Of a stretch of 64,000 nt of DNA, positions 1-18,430 are shown one piece after another. A model generated the notes under the pieces. The model was not told where the DNA came from, did no database searches, and saw only the letters and a list, made by a program, of their open reading frames with translations. Each line of letters starts with the position of its first letter. The first letter of the stretch is position 1. The DNA is from Macrostomum lignano (taxonomy: Eukaryota). Both the position numbers and the translations under genes were made by a program. The DNA is taken from NCBI GenBank assembly GCA_002269645.1, contig NIVC01000230.1, forward strand, positions 1-64,000, written 5' to 3'.

Positions 1-6017
<6,017 letters not shown>

Positions 6018-6027
6018 TGTTTTGCAG

Positions 6028-6151
6028 GCAGCATGTGCGGCTGCAAAGACTGGAGGATCAGCGAGCCGATGACATAAAAGAATTGCGTTGTCTCGCCCGC
6101 CGCTGCTCAAAGAATTCCGTCAGCAGTGCTCAAGCAGCAACCACAGACTGA
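6028..6151 (+). CDS. candidate 3'-terminal coding exon of an unidentified gene (QHVRLQRLEDQRADDIKELRCLARRCSKNSVSSAQAATTD*)
   Basis: TTTTGCAG acceptor at 6020-6027, 40 open codons ending in TGA at 6149-6151, AATAAA at 6412-6417. No homology recognised. Confidence 0.3.
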
Positions 6152-6538
6152 AGCCGCTGAGGCGAACCACTGTGCAAAACTGCTGCAAGAAAACAAAGAA
6201 TGTTTCAGAAACTTTATGCTTTAGGCAATCAAAATAGGTTTCTAGTTTAGAAAACAGGAGCAGCACTGCAAGTAGTGCAGTGACATAGTGCAGAACTGCA
6301 AAGAATAGGCATATATTTGCGCTTATATACCAGCAACATTAAGAATAATTTTAGTTTGAAAATGCGCTTAAAACAATGTCTAACAATGTCTAAAATGTCT
6401 AAAACATGTAGAATAAATTCCTACAAGCACATTAGTTTCAAAATCGCTATTGTATACACTTATTGCACTCATTTTGGCGCATCAGGCACTCATGATAGCT
6501 AGGTAGTACATGTATATTAGAATTTTCGAACTGTCTCG

Positions 6539-6703
6539 AATGGCGAGGAGTCTATAGATGGGGAATCAAATGGCGAGGAGTCTATAGATGGGGAATCAAA
6601 TGGCGAGGAGTCTAGATGGGGAATCAAATGGCGAGGAGTCTATAGATGGGGAATCAAATGGCGAGGAGTCTATAGATGGGGAATCAAATGGCGAGGAGTC
6701 TAT
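6539..6703. repeat. 30-bp minisatellite, about 5.5 copies (AATGGCGAGGAGTCTATAGATGGGGAATCA)
   Basis: Near-perfect tandem copies read directly. Confidence 0.97.
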
Positions 6704-6765
6704 TGCCATAAATTAATTGTTTCGTTAGTTTATCGCAAAGTCGCAAAGTTGTCAAACAGTTCGAG

Positions 6766-7975
6766 TTACTTCTGAAACGCTTCCGGTGGGATTTTGCCTT
6801 CGGCTTTTAGCTGGGCGAAATTTTCAGCGGCCACTTTAAAATCCCAGCCGAATTCGAATTCGGTTACCATGGCCTCTTTGGCCGCGGCCGGCAGCTCCTG
6901 AAGGGTGGCGCTTGTAGTCGCGCTGGCTCTCTGTTCTAGGAGCCACTCGGCACCCTGCGGTTGCGGGGGCGGTTGACACGAATATGATGCAATATGAGGA
7001 TTTTCTTTGACGATTAGCCGATGAAGTCGCGGGCAATTTCCATAGATAATACGATAAAGAAAGTTGCCATAAATATAGGACATTGGGAACTTCTAGAACG
7101 GACAATCTATGGGGAATTTCTATGTAGATAAGCTATGGGGAATTTCTATGTAGATAAGCTATGGGGAATTTCTATGTAGATAAGCCATGGGGAATTTCTA
7201 TGTAGATAAGTTATGGGGAATTTCTATGTAGATAAGCTATGGGGAATTCCTATGAACATAAAGTTTGGAGAATTCCTATGAGCATAAAGTTTGGAGAATT
7301 CCTATGAGCATAAAGTTTGGAGAATTCCTATGAGCATAAAGTTTGGAGAATTCTAATGAGCATAAAGTTTGGAGAATTCTAATGAGCACAAAGTTTGGAG
7401 AATTCCTATGAGCATAAAGTTTGGAGAATTCTATTAAGCTCCGAGACCCAGGGAATGAATTCCACCAACTGTACAAATCCAAGTCTAACCTGATGGCTAA
7501 CGTGGGTGATATAAAAATCGTCGGCGTGAATCTGCATGCCAGCCTCGGAGCCGGGCACTGGCACCAGCACCAGGGTGCGGCTGAACGTGCGCAGAGTCTT
7601 GTCCTGACTGTCGCCACCGTCTCGACCGGGCGTCAGCTCGATGAACAGGCCAGTAACAAAGATTAGCGCCGCTTTGTCACCGTTCACAGGCACGTCAACT
7701 CGCATGCTGTTTAACAGGTGACTGACGGCTGGCAGCTTCTCTAGAGCGGACACGCATTGTAACCGGCCGCGCTGTACCAACGATTCAGCTTTGCTCCGAT
7801 TGCTCTCCAGGTATTTCAGATTCCTGCTGAGACCGATGTAGCAGTTCAATGATTTGTGATGATTCATTGCGCTAGGCGGAGAAGCTGTAGACAGGGTCAG
7901 TTTGGCCTGCTCAGTGTAGTACGGCAGGTCGGCAGCAGGCGGCTGCGCTCTCCGCTATCCAGAATGCTGTAGTAA
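6766..7975 (-). pseudogene. NXF1: NXF1/TAP-family nuclear RNA export factor, last two exons (NTF2-like domain 7975-7490, TAP-C/UBA 6954-6766); frameshifted and with an internal deletion
   Basis: YYSILDSGERSRLL, SRNLK, LEKLPAVSH..SMRVD and RTFSRTLVLVP..IHADDFYI match the NXF NTF2-like domain. The C-terminus WDFKVAAENFAQLKAEGKIPPEAFQK* matches the TAP-C end (human [26 protein letters not shown]). The phase-0 intron 7489-6955 (CAG|GTTAGA ... CCGCAG|GGT) joins them in frame. The symbol denotes family, not proven orthology. Confidence 0.85.
7107..7432. repeat. 26-bp intronic minisatellite with two related subtypes
   Basis: About 5.5 copies of CTATGGGGAATTTCTATGTAGATAAG followed by about 7 copies of GAGAATTCCTATGAGCATAAAGTTTG. 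Confidence 0.95.
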
Positions 7976-8139
7976 CTGCGTTTGCAAAGTGTAAATCACT
8001 GAATCGATAATAGCTTATCATATTCAACTAGTTTAAATAATAGCTTACACATGCTTTCTTGCTACTGAACTGTAAGTAGAGAAACTGTTTACAGCAAGCT
8101 AGAATGCCGAAATCTAAATTTTATCAGCGAAATTAACAA

Positions 8140-8450
8140 TGTACATCTCTATAGGCACTATAATAGACATCTGAACAATAGGCACGTCTATAGACACTGT
8201 CAGATATCTGAACAATATACATGTCTATAGGCACTGTCATAGATATCCGAACAATAGAAATGTCTGTAGACACTATCATCCCAGATATCTGAACAATAGA
8301 AATGTCCATAGGCACTGTCATAGATATCCGAACAATAGAAATGTCTATAGGCACTGTCATAGATATCTGAAGAAAGTACATCTCTATAGACACTATCATC
8401 CTAGATATCTGAAGAATAGACATGTCTATAGACACTATCGTAGATAGCTG
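8140..8450. repeat. degenerate 39-42 bp minisatellite, about 8 copies
   Basis: Recurring CTATAG(G/A)CACT(G/A)TCATAGATATCTGAACAATAG unit. Confidence 0.9.
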
Positions 8451-8787
8451 AACATTTGTAGCAAAGTACTAGTTTTGCTACTTTTAGTAGGCCACTCAGC
8501 CTTTTCTCTTTTATCACAAAGATTCAGATAGTTTTTTAACATTTATTACTATTGCATTCATGCGGTTCCTGCCCACATCAGCTAGTACGAGCGTATGTTT
8601 ATATTAAAAAAAGTAATAGATGAGTAATCATATTTAGCACGTAAAGATAGTAGGCAATAAATACATGCAAAAATTATGCAAAACCCAATAAAAAACTAAG
8701 ATTGACTAAAGTTGTTAGTAATAGATAAGTACAAGTAATTCAAACGGGCTGTTCAGTAAATAGTATTAATTTTCACCATGTCCAGCT

Positions 8788-10886
8788 CTACGCTATCGAC
8801 TGACTGACAATCGTCACTGATCTCGCTGGGCAGGTTTTCAGCTTCATCACTGTCCTGTAGCACGCGTGCCGTTTTGTGCCTTTTCTGTGGCCGGCCTTCT
8901 CCCTTACGTTTGCCACTATAGCAGAGTTCTGCCTATTCTTCTTGCGCTTGCTGGAGGTGGTGGAGGGAGAAGCCGAGTCAAAGTCAGCAGCAGTGGAGAC
9001 AATGGCAGCTGCAGCAGCTTCAGACTGAATCCGGCCGCAGAGCAGAACATCAATAATTGCCTGCTGGATGTCGTAATCTTGATGCACCAGCTTCTTTGTG
9101 ATTGGGTCCAACAAAGGTTATTTACGTTAACAAAATTTTTGTTTATGCTCCGTAGTAGGATTACTCGGTGACTTACCAAAAAATAATTTCCTGGCGTTCT
9201 CAAATCCCAGCTGTTTTCCAGTCAGGGTGCAGTCTGGAAGCTCCGCCCTGCAGCGTTCCAGCATGCCGCCTCGGCCGCTCCAGTTAACCAGACAGAGCAT
9301 CCTGGGAGAGAGGCATTTGGCCAGCATGCGACGCACTGTTTCCGCCAGTGTTGGGCAACGGCACCCGCGCAGATGCGGTTCCTATTTGGGAAAGGATTCG
9401 AGACTGATTGTAAAGACTATTTATTACATTAGCTAATATTCATTGTTTATCCCTTTCTTTCTCGCAATACTCTCAAAAGTTAAAAATCAGATTATTACTT
9501 ATTCTAATCCCTTACCAAGCTGCTTTGAATCTGCTGTGATGAAATGAAGCGAATGTAACTCTCCCAGGAGTCAATTGGCTCAAAGTCTGTGGTTGCTGTG
9601 GACGTCGATGCTGCAGATGACGTACACAGGGATGCGCTGATGCCTTCCAGAAGTGGTAGAACCAGTCTTTCCAGTCGACGGATTCTATGCACAGCGTCAC
9701 AGCTCTGCCGTGCACTGAGCATCGACAGAATTCTCAAGCCGTTGAGAGAACTGGTGTCCACTCCTGACTTGGCCAGACTTCTCTGCAGTCTTTCTACTGC
9801 CCTTGGATCAATGCAGTCAATATCTGCATCTTCGTCAGCATCCGCGTACGTGTGCTGTCTACCATTTTGAGTCGCTGTAGACATCGACGTCCTAGATTTG
9901 CTGACTGACTGGTTGCTCTGTTGACTGCTGGTTCCGCATGTCTTCGGCGTCTGCGTCGGTGGGACAATGTGCCCAACGGTTGGCGGTGTCGATGCCAGCG
10001 TCAGATTCCGTTGAGCTGGGGTCGGTAGGCGGACCGACTGAGGCAAAAGTGCCGTATTGAAGGCAGGAAGCTCGATGTCCGACAAAGGGGACGCGTAATT
10101 TGAGCCATTTCCCTGGGTATTCTTCTTTGTAGAGAGAGAATGCACACCGTCGGCTTCGCTCTCCGATGTGGTAACATTCTGTAATGGTGATGGGTAGTAC
10201 GTGAGTAGTGACAGTCCGCAGATAATGCTGACTGACGGAGAGACAGAGAGATAATGCTGACTCACTGAGTGACGGAGAGATAATGCTGAGTGATGGAGAG
10301 ACAACGCTGAGTGATGGATAGAGAACGCTGAGTGACAGAGAGATAATGCAGAGTGACAGAGAGATAACGCTGAGTGACAGAGAGATAATGCTGACTCACT
10401 GAGTGACAGAGAGATAATGCTGAGTGACGGAGAGAGAACGCTGAGTGATGGAGACAACGCTGAGTGACAGAGAGATGATGCTGAGAAATTTTGCAATTCA
10501 AGATTTTGCTTTACTCACCTTTCAAGTTATGAACCGGTTTCGCTGACCGCAGTTCACTCGAGGCACTAATCTAAGCACACCTTCAATGCTCTTCTTTTTA
10601 AGACTTATTAAGTCTCGTATAAACTTAATCGTTGGCTTAGTTTTCACCGCGTCATCAAGTACGACTTGCTCATGACGGTGTCGTACCATTCAGATTCATA
10701 CTCGGCTTTAACCTTCAGTTTTTCATCACAGAATCTTTGCGAAGAGCCGAAATTCTCCGATGTCTCTACAGTAAATTCTTGAAATTCACATGGGGAAACT
10801 TCACTGTAACCTGCCTCAATTACTTGCTTATCATCTACAAACAACACTATGAAGCGGATGCTTTCCATGCTTGAACAGTTGTACAA
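8788..10886 (-). pseudogene. spliced DUF4806-like accessory gene of a CACTA/EnSpm-type element, degraded
   Basis: A Ser/Thr-rich exon 10178-9516 ending FEPIDSWESYIRFISSQQIQSSL joins via the GT-AG intron 9515-9382 to ...TLAETVRRMLAKCL...VNWSGRGG...KQLGF, followed by DIQQAIIDVL. This resembles the DUF4806 pattern as I recall it. The 5' exon (10886-10510) appears frameshifted. Confidence 0.55.
10215..10482. repeat. 21-bp minisatellite, about 12 copies (GCTGAGTGACAGAGAGATAAC)
   Basis: Tandem units read directly; the array probably lies in an intron of the accessory gene. Confidence 0.9.
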
Positions 10887-10994
10887 TAGTATAGTTCCTA
10901 GAATTTAAAACACAGTTTGAACTAAAAGATTGCTGGTTGGACTACAGACTGCAGATTATAGTTGGATTTACTTGAAATACAAACGTATGTATAG

Positions 10995-11060
10995 CGTGCC
11001 AATAGAATTTTTGTCCAATAGAATTGGTGGGCTGTAAAAAGCCCGCTTTTCTGCTCCAAT
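10995..11060. promoter_or_regulatory. CCAAT-box cluster, candidate bidirectional promoter
   Basis: CCAAT at 10999, 11015 and 11056, and ATTGG at 11023, between two divergently oriented genes. Confidence 0.3.
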
Positions 11061-11237
11061 CACGACCCCTCGATTGAAGGAACGTGGTCTTTCCTTCTCG
11101 ATTCAGTTCATTCCGTTATTCCGCATATTTTTGTTATACTCAGTTTTATTTACTAACTTAAGAAACAACCAATTAAACAAATTAAATTTAATTCTTCAGT
11201 AAAACAGTTTGATTCTATACTATTTTAAACCAGTTCA

Positions 11238-14077
11238 TTGAGTTCTAGTCTATCCCATTCAATTGTTATCGATCCTACTTTTATATCCAAAGGTATGACT
11301 AAAAGGAGAAAGATTTTTTATTCCAACTCTAGGAGAGAGTTTAGTAATGTGCTATCAGATACCAAATTAAGCGCACAGCAAAATAAAGTAGTAGAAGACA
11401 TACCTCACAGAGCGATGCATTTTTTATTAAACGCACTTCACAGCCACGGATTGCCCGTCTCGAAATCTCTGTACTTGTTAACAACCAAGGACGGGAAAAA
11501 GAAGATTCTCAAGTATTCCATGGGTGCAGGCCAACATAGCCTACCTGCTAAAAAGCAATCTGCTGAAGTTGAGTCAGGCGGTTGCACTTCCAGACGGTTC
11601 GGATGGATTCGAACTGGACTTAAAAATAGGCATTGATGGAATGCCTATCTATAACTGATCCAACTTTAGTGCCTGGCCCATCCTAGCAACAATCGCCGGA
11701 TTTGCTCGACCCGTCCCCATTGCATTGCTATGCACTTTTGGTTGGTTACAATAACACGCGCGTGGGATGCGTGTTAATGTCATTTTGGACATTAACACGC
11801 AACGGCAATTTAAACAATAACAAAGGGTAAATTTTATTTTTTTATGTTAGAAAAACATCAAAAAACTCTTCAACAAAGAAATCGTATGTTAATCAGTTAA
11901 TACCAGGCCTACACAGAAACGTCACTCAAAAAGAATATCGATCAGATTGCGACTGCCGTCAATGGTCACTTTCATCTTCTTTGACGGAGCAGCCTGCACA
12001 CGTAGTGCGCCGTCGGTCTGGACAGGCTCTTGATAAACATCCGCACATTCCTCCATCGTAGCCTCGCTTTTTGTGATTGGATTTTGGACGAGCTAGCTTA
12101 ACGATCTTATTATTGACATTAGTTTCGGAAACTGTATGATTCAGCGAATATGGTGGGCAAAAGTACAGGTCAAACTACCTACCATATGCAGCGGTCGGTG
12201 TACACCTTAGTAAGGCCTGCTTTCTCACTGACGTTCTTCATTAACTCAAGAAGATAGCGAAAGCCTCTAGCAGTTTTTCTCGGAGAATCTATAGCGGTTC
12301 GCTGCATCTCGACTGTCTAATGACCTTGGGCATGATCGAATGACGTGCAAATCAAGTCGAACTCGCCGGATGTTACTCCTGAAATCTCACCATTCGGCAT
12401 AGCTCCGTAGTTAAATAGAGGAGGCAGAACTTCTGCCACTGTAGTTGGCTCTGCGTCAGCCATGGCGATTTTGTTTGAGTAAATGAAAGATGCAAGCAAT
12501 CAAATCTGCTGTCTTTCTACTCATCTCTCTTAAACCTTCTGTATCCCTCTTTATGGGATCAAAAAACGACAGTGCATATTAATGTCGATGTGGGCCATAG
12601 ACTAAAATTTATTTAAATTTCATTGTAAAAAGTGGGGGCTTCGCCCCCACACCCCCATTCTCACTTTCCCCCCTCCTCGACTCCTTCCGGCGCCAACTAA
12701 TGCCATAGACGAAAGAGCATAGCAATGTTTCTACTGCACTATTTTTGAGTGTTAATGTCTGTTGAGTGCTACAGAGCTGATGTCTAACTTCGCGACGATT
12801 GAGGGAGTGATCATCAAACTGCGCAACTTGAATTTTATCTGCGATGCACCAGCTCGTTCCTTCATCACGAAAACGCTCGGCCACAATTCACATTTTGGCT
12901 GCTTTTATTGCAAAAGTCCCGCAAAGACCGTAGATAGACGAATCGTCTATCCAACAACAGCAGGAGAGTCTCGTACAACTGAAGATTATCGCGCAGGATG
13001 GTCAGTCAATTCCACTTCCTCCCTTTGATCTCCCATCCCCAGCTCCCTACATCTCTCACCCCCTTACTTCATCTCCTATTTCCTCCCTTTGATCTCCCAT
13101 CCCCTTCCTTCATCTCTCATTCCCTTACTTCATCTCCTATTTCCTCCCTTTAATCTCCCATCCCCTCCCTTCATCTCTCATTCCCTTACTTCATTTCTCA
13201 TTCAAATTGCAGTGAGTCAAATCAGCGAGCCGGATCCGGTCCACTTATGCAACTGCCGGGGTTGGAGTTCCCTAAGTGCATACCACCGGACTATATGCAT
13301 CTTGTCTGCCTTGGAACAGTGCGGAAGCTGTTTCACTTTCTGTTCTCGATAGATGACGGCCGCCATTGTAAACTGAGGCCCGGTGAAATCACAGCGCTGT
13401 CCGACGAGATCGAAAGGGTTGCTCCCTTCACTCCGTCACAATTCCAGCGACTTTTCAAGAACTTTCTTCTTTTACAATTCGCAATCTATGTGTTTATGTC
13501 ATCCGACTACTGCATCAATCCTGAAGTGTTTGAATACGCCGCAACTTGCCTGAAGAAGTTTGTCGCCCAAGCCCACGAGGTGTACGGTGACACCGTCATG
13601 AGTCACAACACCCACGTACTGCTGCATCTCCCTGAATTCGTTCAAATCTTTGGGTGCTTAAGCAACTTCTTAGCGTTCCCTTTTGAGAACTACTTATCAC
13701 ACATTAAGAAGCGGCTTCAAGTGACGCGTTTTGTCACTTCACACCTGCTAACGCAAATGCTTAATGTCCGCGACCTGCTAACCAAGAGTCCGCTATCATC
13801 TCTGCGATACAGCTCAAATGCGCCCTATAATTGTTGCATGATTGGAGACCATGTAGTGCGCATAGCCGAGTTCCATGGCAACAAAAAAGTCTATAGAGTT
13901 GTTCTCACCCTGACCGGCACCTTATACAACTACCCCTACCCCTCGTCACTCCTACGGATCGGCTACTATTCTGATTCGCGTCAAACTATTACGGGAGTGC
14001 CCACGAGGAAGTGCATAATGCTGCCGCAGCCAGACTGTTACCTCATTGTACCACTAGTGTCACTGTCAGGTGATTAG
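11238..14077 (+). pseudogene. CACTA/EnSpm (CMC)-type transposase, decayed and interrupted
   Basis: Motifs in the expected order: IGIDGMPIYN*SNFSAWPIL, FICDAPARS...GHNSHFGCFYC, IPPDYMHLVCLGTVRKL, HNTHVLLHL, AFPFENYL. Contains a frameshift near 11545, a nonsense codon near 11655, an insertion at about 11733-12760, and the intron 13001-13212. Confidence 0.85.
11900..12499 (-). mobile_element. deleted relic of a Crypton/DUF3504-type tyrosine recombinase nested in the transposase
   Basis: LLELMKNVSEKAGLTKVYTDRCI resembles the Crypton-A/DUF3504 motif MMxxISxxAGLSxxYTNHCxR. There is an in-frame stop upstream and a natural-looking C-terminus KKMKVTIDGSRNLIDILFE*. Confidence 0.4.
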
Positions 14078-15707
14078 GTCTAATCAACTAATTCCTGTAC
14101 GTGTAGAGACGTCGGCGGGTAGCAAAAGTTGTTTTTAATATCTATTGTTTGTCTATGGTGACCTATTTTTTTAATGCTGCTCACTGACTGTCTCTCCCCA
14201 TTGTCTGCTTTTCACATGTGGGGCTTGTAAGCATAGCTTCCGTCATCGATCAATTTTCCATATTCCACAGACAAAGAACTCCCACTTGACTGCGCATCCC
14301 GCATTGCGTATGGGCTTTTTTTTGTCAAAATGACTGTAAAAAAGGTGCCTACTCATTATATTGCAAAGGTATTAACCCACCTTCCCTCAGCCCTAACCCC
14401 CAACCGAGCGATAGAGATGCACGGGGACAAAGACCACAGACCAAGAAATCTAACTAGAGTGCGTATGTGGGGAAAAGGTTTTTCCTCCTTTCCAGTGAGT
14501 AAAATGGAAGCTATTGTAACGTTGATAGGAAATAGGAAGAAATTATAACGTTGTACGCAAGCCCCTTGCTCGCCTGGCTGCTGGGTCACGCCACTGCCTG
14601 CACACCTCTCTATTATTTCTCATCGTTTTAAGACCTATGCTAAACAAAAAAACTGGAAACTCGATCTCTTTGCTTGCCTGCTAAATTCTACTTTCTACTA
14701 ATTACTTTAACATACGAGCATACTAGCTAGCAGTAGCAGATAAGGTCAGTAAAACCTAATATCTAAGAGTTTGTATATACAATAGTTAGACTCCCTCCGG
14801 TCCATTATACTGTTGTTGTTCTGTACACATGAAAGAAGGGGGATAGAAACTTTGACGTAAAAGACATGAGGCCTGGTGGTGGCTACGTCGACCGAGAGTA
14901 CAAACTGGACACGAAATGTCTGTGTGATTCGGCGATGAATTCATTGAATCACGTATGAGAAAGGGAAAATCACGCTGATCACCTTCAATAACTGGTACGC
15001 GCAAAATTGATGTCAAATCACTCTTCTAGTTGTTCTAGTTGTCGTAGACATTTGTATTTTAGTAATTAATAATTACAAATACAATTAACGTATTCGTTCA
15101 GAATCGTAGGATAGATTTTTTACACTAAATACTCGTATAACACTTTTCACTTACGTAGCAATTGAAGTAATTTTGCATGTCCGGTAACGAAAGAATTCCT
15201 GTTAAAATTCGAGAGCGCAATTTTGGGCAGCCGGATTCGCCTTCATTTTCAAAGCACACCATTTAAGTAGGCGGATTTGTGAAAAAAAATTGGATCGCCT
15301 GTGAGTTGGAACTTGAAAGAGCATTTAAAAAGTGAATTATCGGCGGCGCATTCACTACAACTGGTAATTGCTCCTTTATAGTTGCTGAGAGGCATGGCAG
15401 GCAGCGTTGAAGGCACAGTGTACCGGTAGAATTGGGTAAACCTATACTAGTTGTCGATGGCGCCACAAACGACAACGTTGGCACTGACATGTTGGGCACC
15501 GCTGAGACCAAAGTCGCCTGTGAAGACTGCGTGGGTACCGCTGAGACCAAAGTCTGCGCTTTGGTTCTGCCCAAGTGGTTCTGCGCATAGCAGTTGCTGC
15601 TCAAAATTTCCGCCGAATACCAAAAAGCGGTGAAAGAGGAAACAATAGCACACACAAGAGCATTAATTTACATCTGGACCATTCTTCTGTCTTTGTCTTT
15701 TTCATTT

Positions 15708-16107
<400 letters not shown>

Positions 16108-17379
16108 CCATGCAAAGCAGTCTTAAGGAATATGGATCATACCTAAAGCAAGTGGTCTCCCGATTCGAACTCTCAGTTCTCTTGTAGATCGAATCAATAT
16201 TTGAGCTGGATAACTTAGACTCGAGCTTTACCAAGACATGCAGTCCTCTATGTGAATGGTTAGAATTGTACAGTGTTGCTATGGGGGGAGAGGCTAAAAT
16301 AGTTTATATGGTATTTATGGTTCGCGTTTATGCGTAGGAGCAGTTGGGGAAGGTCTCACTCACCAAGAGCCAGCTAGGGGGCACCCACCAAGAAGCAGAG
16401 ACGAATTCCGTTACGTCAGAATATTTGCTGATTAGTTATTTAATTGTCAGGGTTTGTGAATCGTACATGTAGCAGTTTGTGACTTAACTTTTCGTGAATT
16501 AATGTGCTTTGTGAGTCAAGACTCAAGAGTTTGTGAACCAAGAAATCTAACACGCCTGAAATATTTTTTCTACTTATGTGCGTTTAGCTTGGTTTGAGCA
16601 GCAATATTCTCAAATTCATTCCATTTTTATTTAATTTAAGTAAAACAGAAAAAGTAACAGAAAACAGAAAAGTAAAACGGCCCTTTTAAGGGCCACAGTG
16701 CCAATACATGTATAATTACATGTACAACTTTAGCAATATTGCACAGCTATGTATGTCCGCCTTCACGGCGAGAATCATTAATCAATAGGTATGTAAAGTT
16801 TTTATTAAAATAATTTCCTAACATATAAAACCTTTTCACCTTCCAGTTCCAGCAGCTTGATTTTGGATAATATTTACAATTTAACTTCCAGCAGAACTAC
16901 CTATGCTTATTTACATGCTCAAAATAGAAACAAGAAGTTTATAGTTGTTTTCCAACACTCAGTCTCGCTTGCTTTCGTGCAATTTCGTCTTTGTTTCGCT
17001 GGTTTACTTAAACTATAAAACGGCCCTTTTAAGGGCAATTCTGTGGGCACGCACATAATTAAGATTTTGCACCAAATGGCATTGCCGCTCTTGCGCTGTT
17101 GCAGCTTATGTAACAGTTTAGAAGCAAATTATTGAGTGAAATGTAACTGGGAGTTATGGTACATTATAAATTGGCTGCAGCAGCTGTATAAGTTACAGCT
17201 GTACGTACTGTAGTTATATTGGTCTTATGGGAAAAAAACGCTTAAAATAATGACAAGACCAATTTAAAATTGAAAAATCGATTAATGCGTCGTTAGAGCA
17301 GCATGCAAGGCACAACATAGTGTGATTAGAACTTTCTCTGACACTGTTAAGAGACTCAATCACTGTTTCCGTGTTGAAA

Positions 17380-17675
17380 ATCGTGCAATTTCCTATCTCC
17401 GTAGTGTATTTTTCCGGTGCAACCTGCCTTTAGAACTATTTCTGAACGAAAAGCTTTATGAATATCGATAGAGCAATAAGAAAGGCACAACGCATTAACA
17501 GATGAACGCTGGATCTGCCTCCTATCAAAAGCAATAACAATTTTTGTGCTGAAAAAATTAAAACCTCTCTATCTTCTGTAGTGTATTTTTCGGCGAAAAG
17601 TGGCCTTCAAAACATTTATTATAGATATAGATTTCGAGCTGTTGCGTCCTTCTATACTTAAGAATTGTCCTTGCG
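17380..17675 (+). mobile_element. partial copy of the CAAGG-TIR foldback MITE family (see 62663-63349)
   Basis: Shares GAAAAGCTTTA..ATATCGATAGAGCAATAAGA..CTGGATCTGCCTCCTATCAAAAGCAATAACAATTTTTGTGCTGAAAAAA with 63145-63255 and ends in CTTAAG..GTCCTTG. Confidence 0.8.
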
Positions 17676-17955
17676 GCTGAGCAGAAATCTCGGAGTTAGG
17701 TCATGATTGTGAGAGCTTCTTCTGGGCCCAATGTTATTAGTGAATTATTTAACGTGTAGAATGCTTGCAAAAAATTTGATGAATATTTTTGAACATGGAT
17801 CGTATATGTTATTAAAGAATTTATGAGTATCCGCCATGCTGCATTGCAATAATTGTGAAGAATTGGGAATTGTGAACAAAACCGAATTGTGCCCAGCAGT
17901 GCTTTTATTTATGGCCCGCGTTTGTTGCGTTGGAGCAGTTGGGGAGGGACCAGCT

Positions 17956-18232
17956 CCCAGGGGCGCCCACAAAGAGACAGGGGCGCCCACAAAGAGACAG
18001 GGGCGCCCGCCAAAAAATAGGGGCGCCCACCCATAGACAGGGGCGCCCACCCAGAGGCAGGGGCGCCCACCAAAAGACAGGGGCGCCCACCCAGAGACAG
18101 GGGCGCCCACCAAAAGACAGGGGCGCCCACCCAGAGACAGGGGCGCCCACCAAAAGACAGGGGCGCCCACCAAAAGACAGGGGCGCCCACCCAGGTACAG
18201 GTGCGCCCACCTAGAGACAGGGGCGCCCAACC
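17956..18232. repeat. GC-rich 20-bp minisatellite, about 14 copies (GGGGCGCCCACCCAGAGACA)
   Basis: Each unit carries the palindrome GGGCGCCC. Confidence 0.97.
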
Positions 18233-18430
18233 CAGACGCCAAATATTGGCGCCCAGGCTCAGGATCGCAGCGATCCCACCGAGCATGAATAAATGAATAT
18301 CAGCGATCAATCACAATGCCATCACTTTCAAACTGTGGTACGTAAATTGGATCTCAACAAGCCGAGGAATTTTTTTCAATTTAACCGAGACTACGAGTTA
18401 ATTCTAATGACTTACTACAGAATCAATGGT

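Noticed and set aside
8450-14300. TIRs for the first CACTA-type element (TTTTGCTAC near 8472 versus GTAGCAAAA near 14120)
   Set aside because: The match is too short, with no CAC/CCC terminus or TSD.
14786-15655. Minus ORFs, one with a CPVC..H..C knuckle-like pattern
   Set aside because: No further recognisable motif and no consistent splice model; they are not NXF N-terminal exons.
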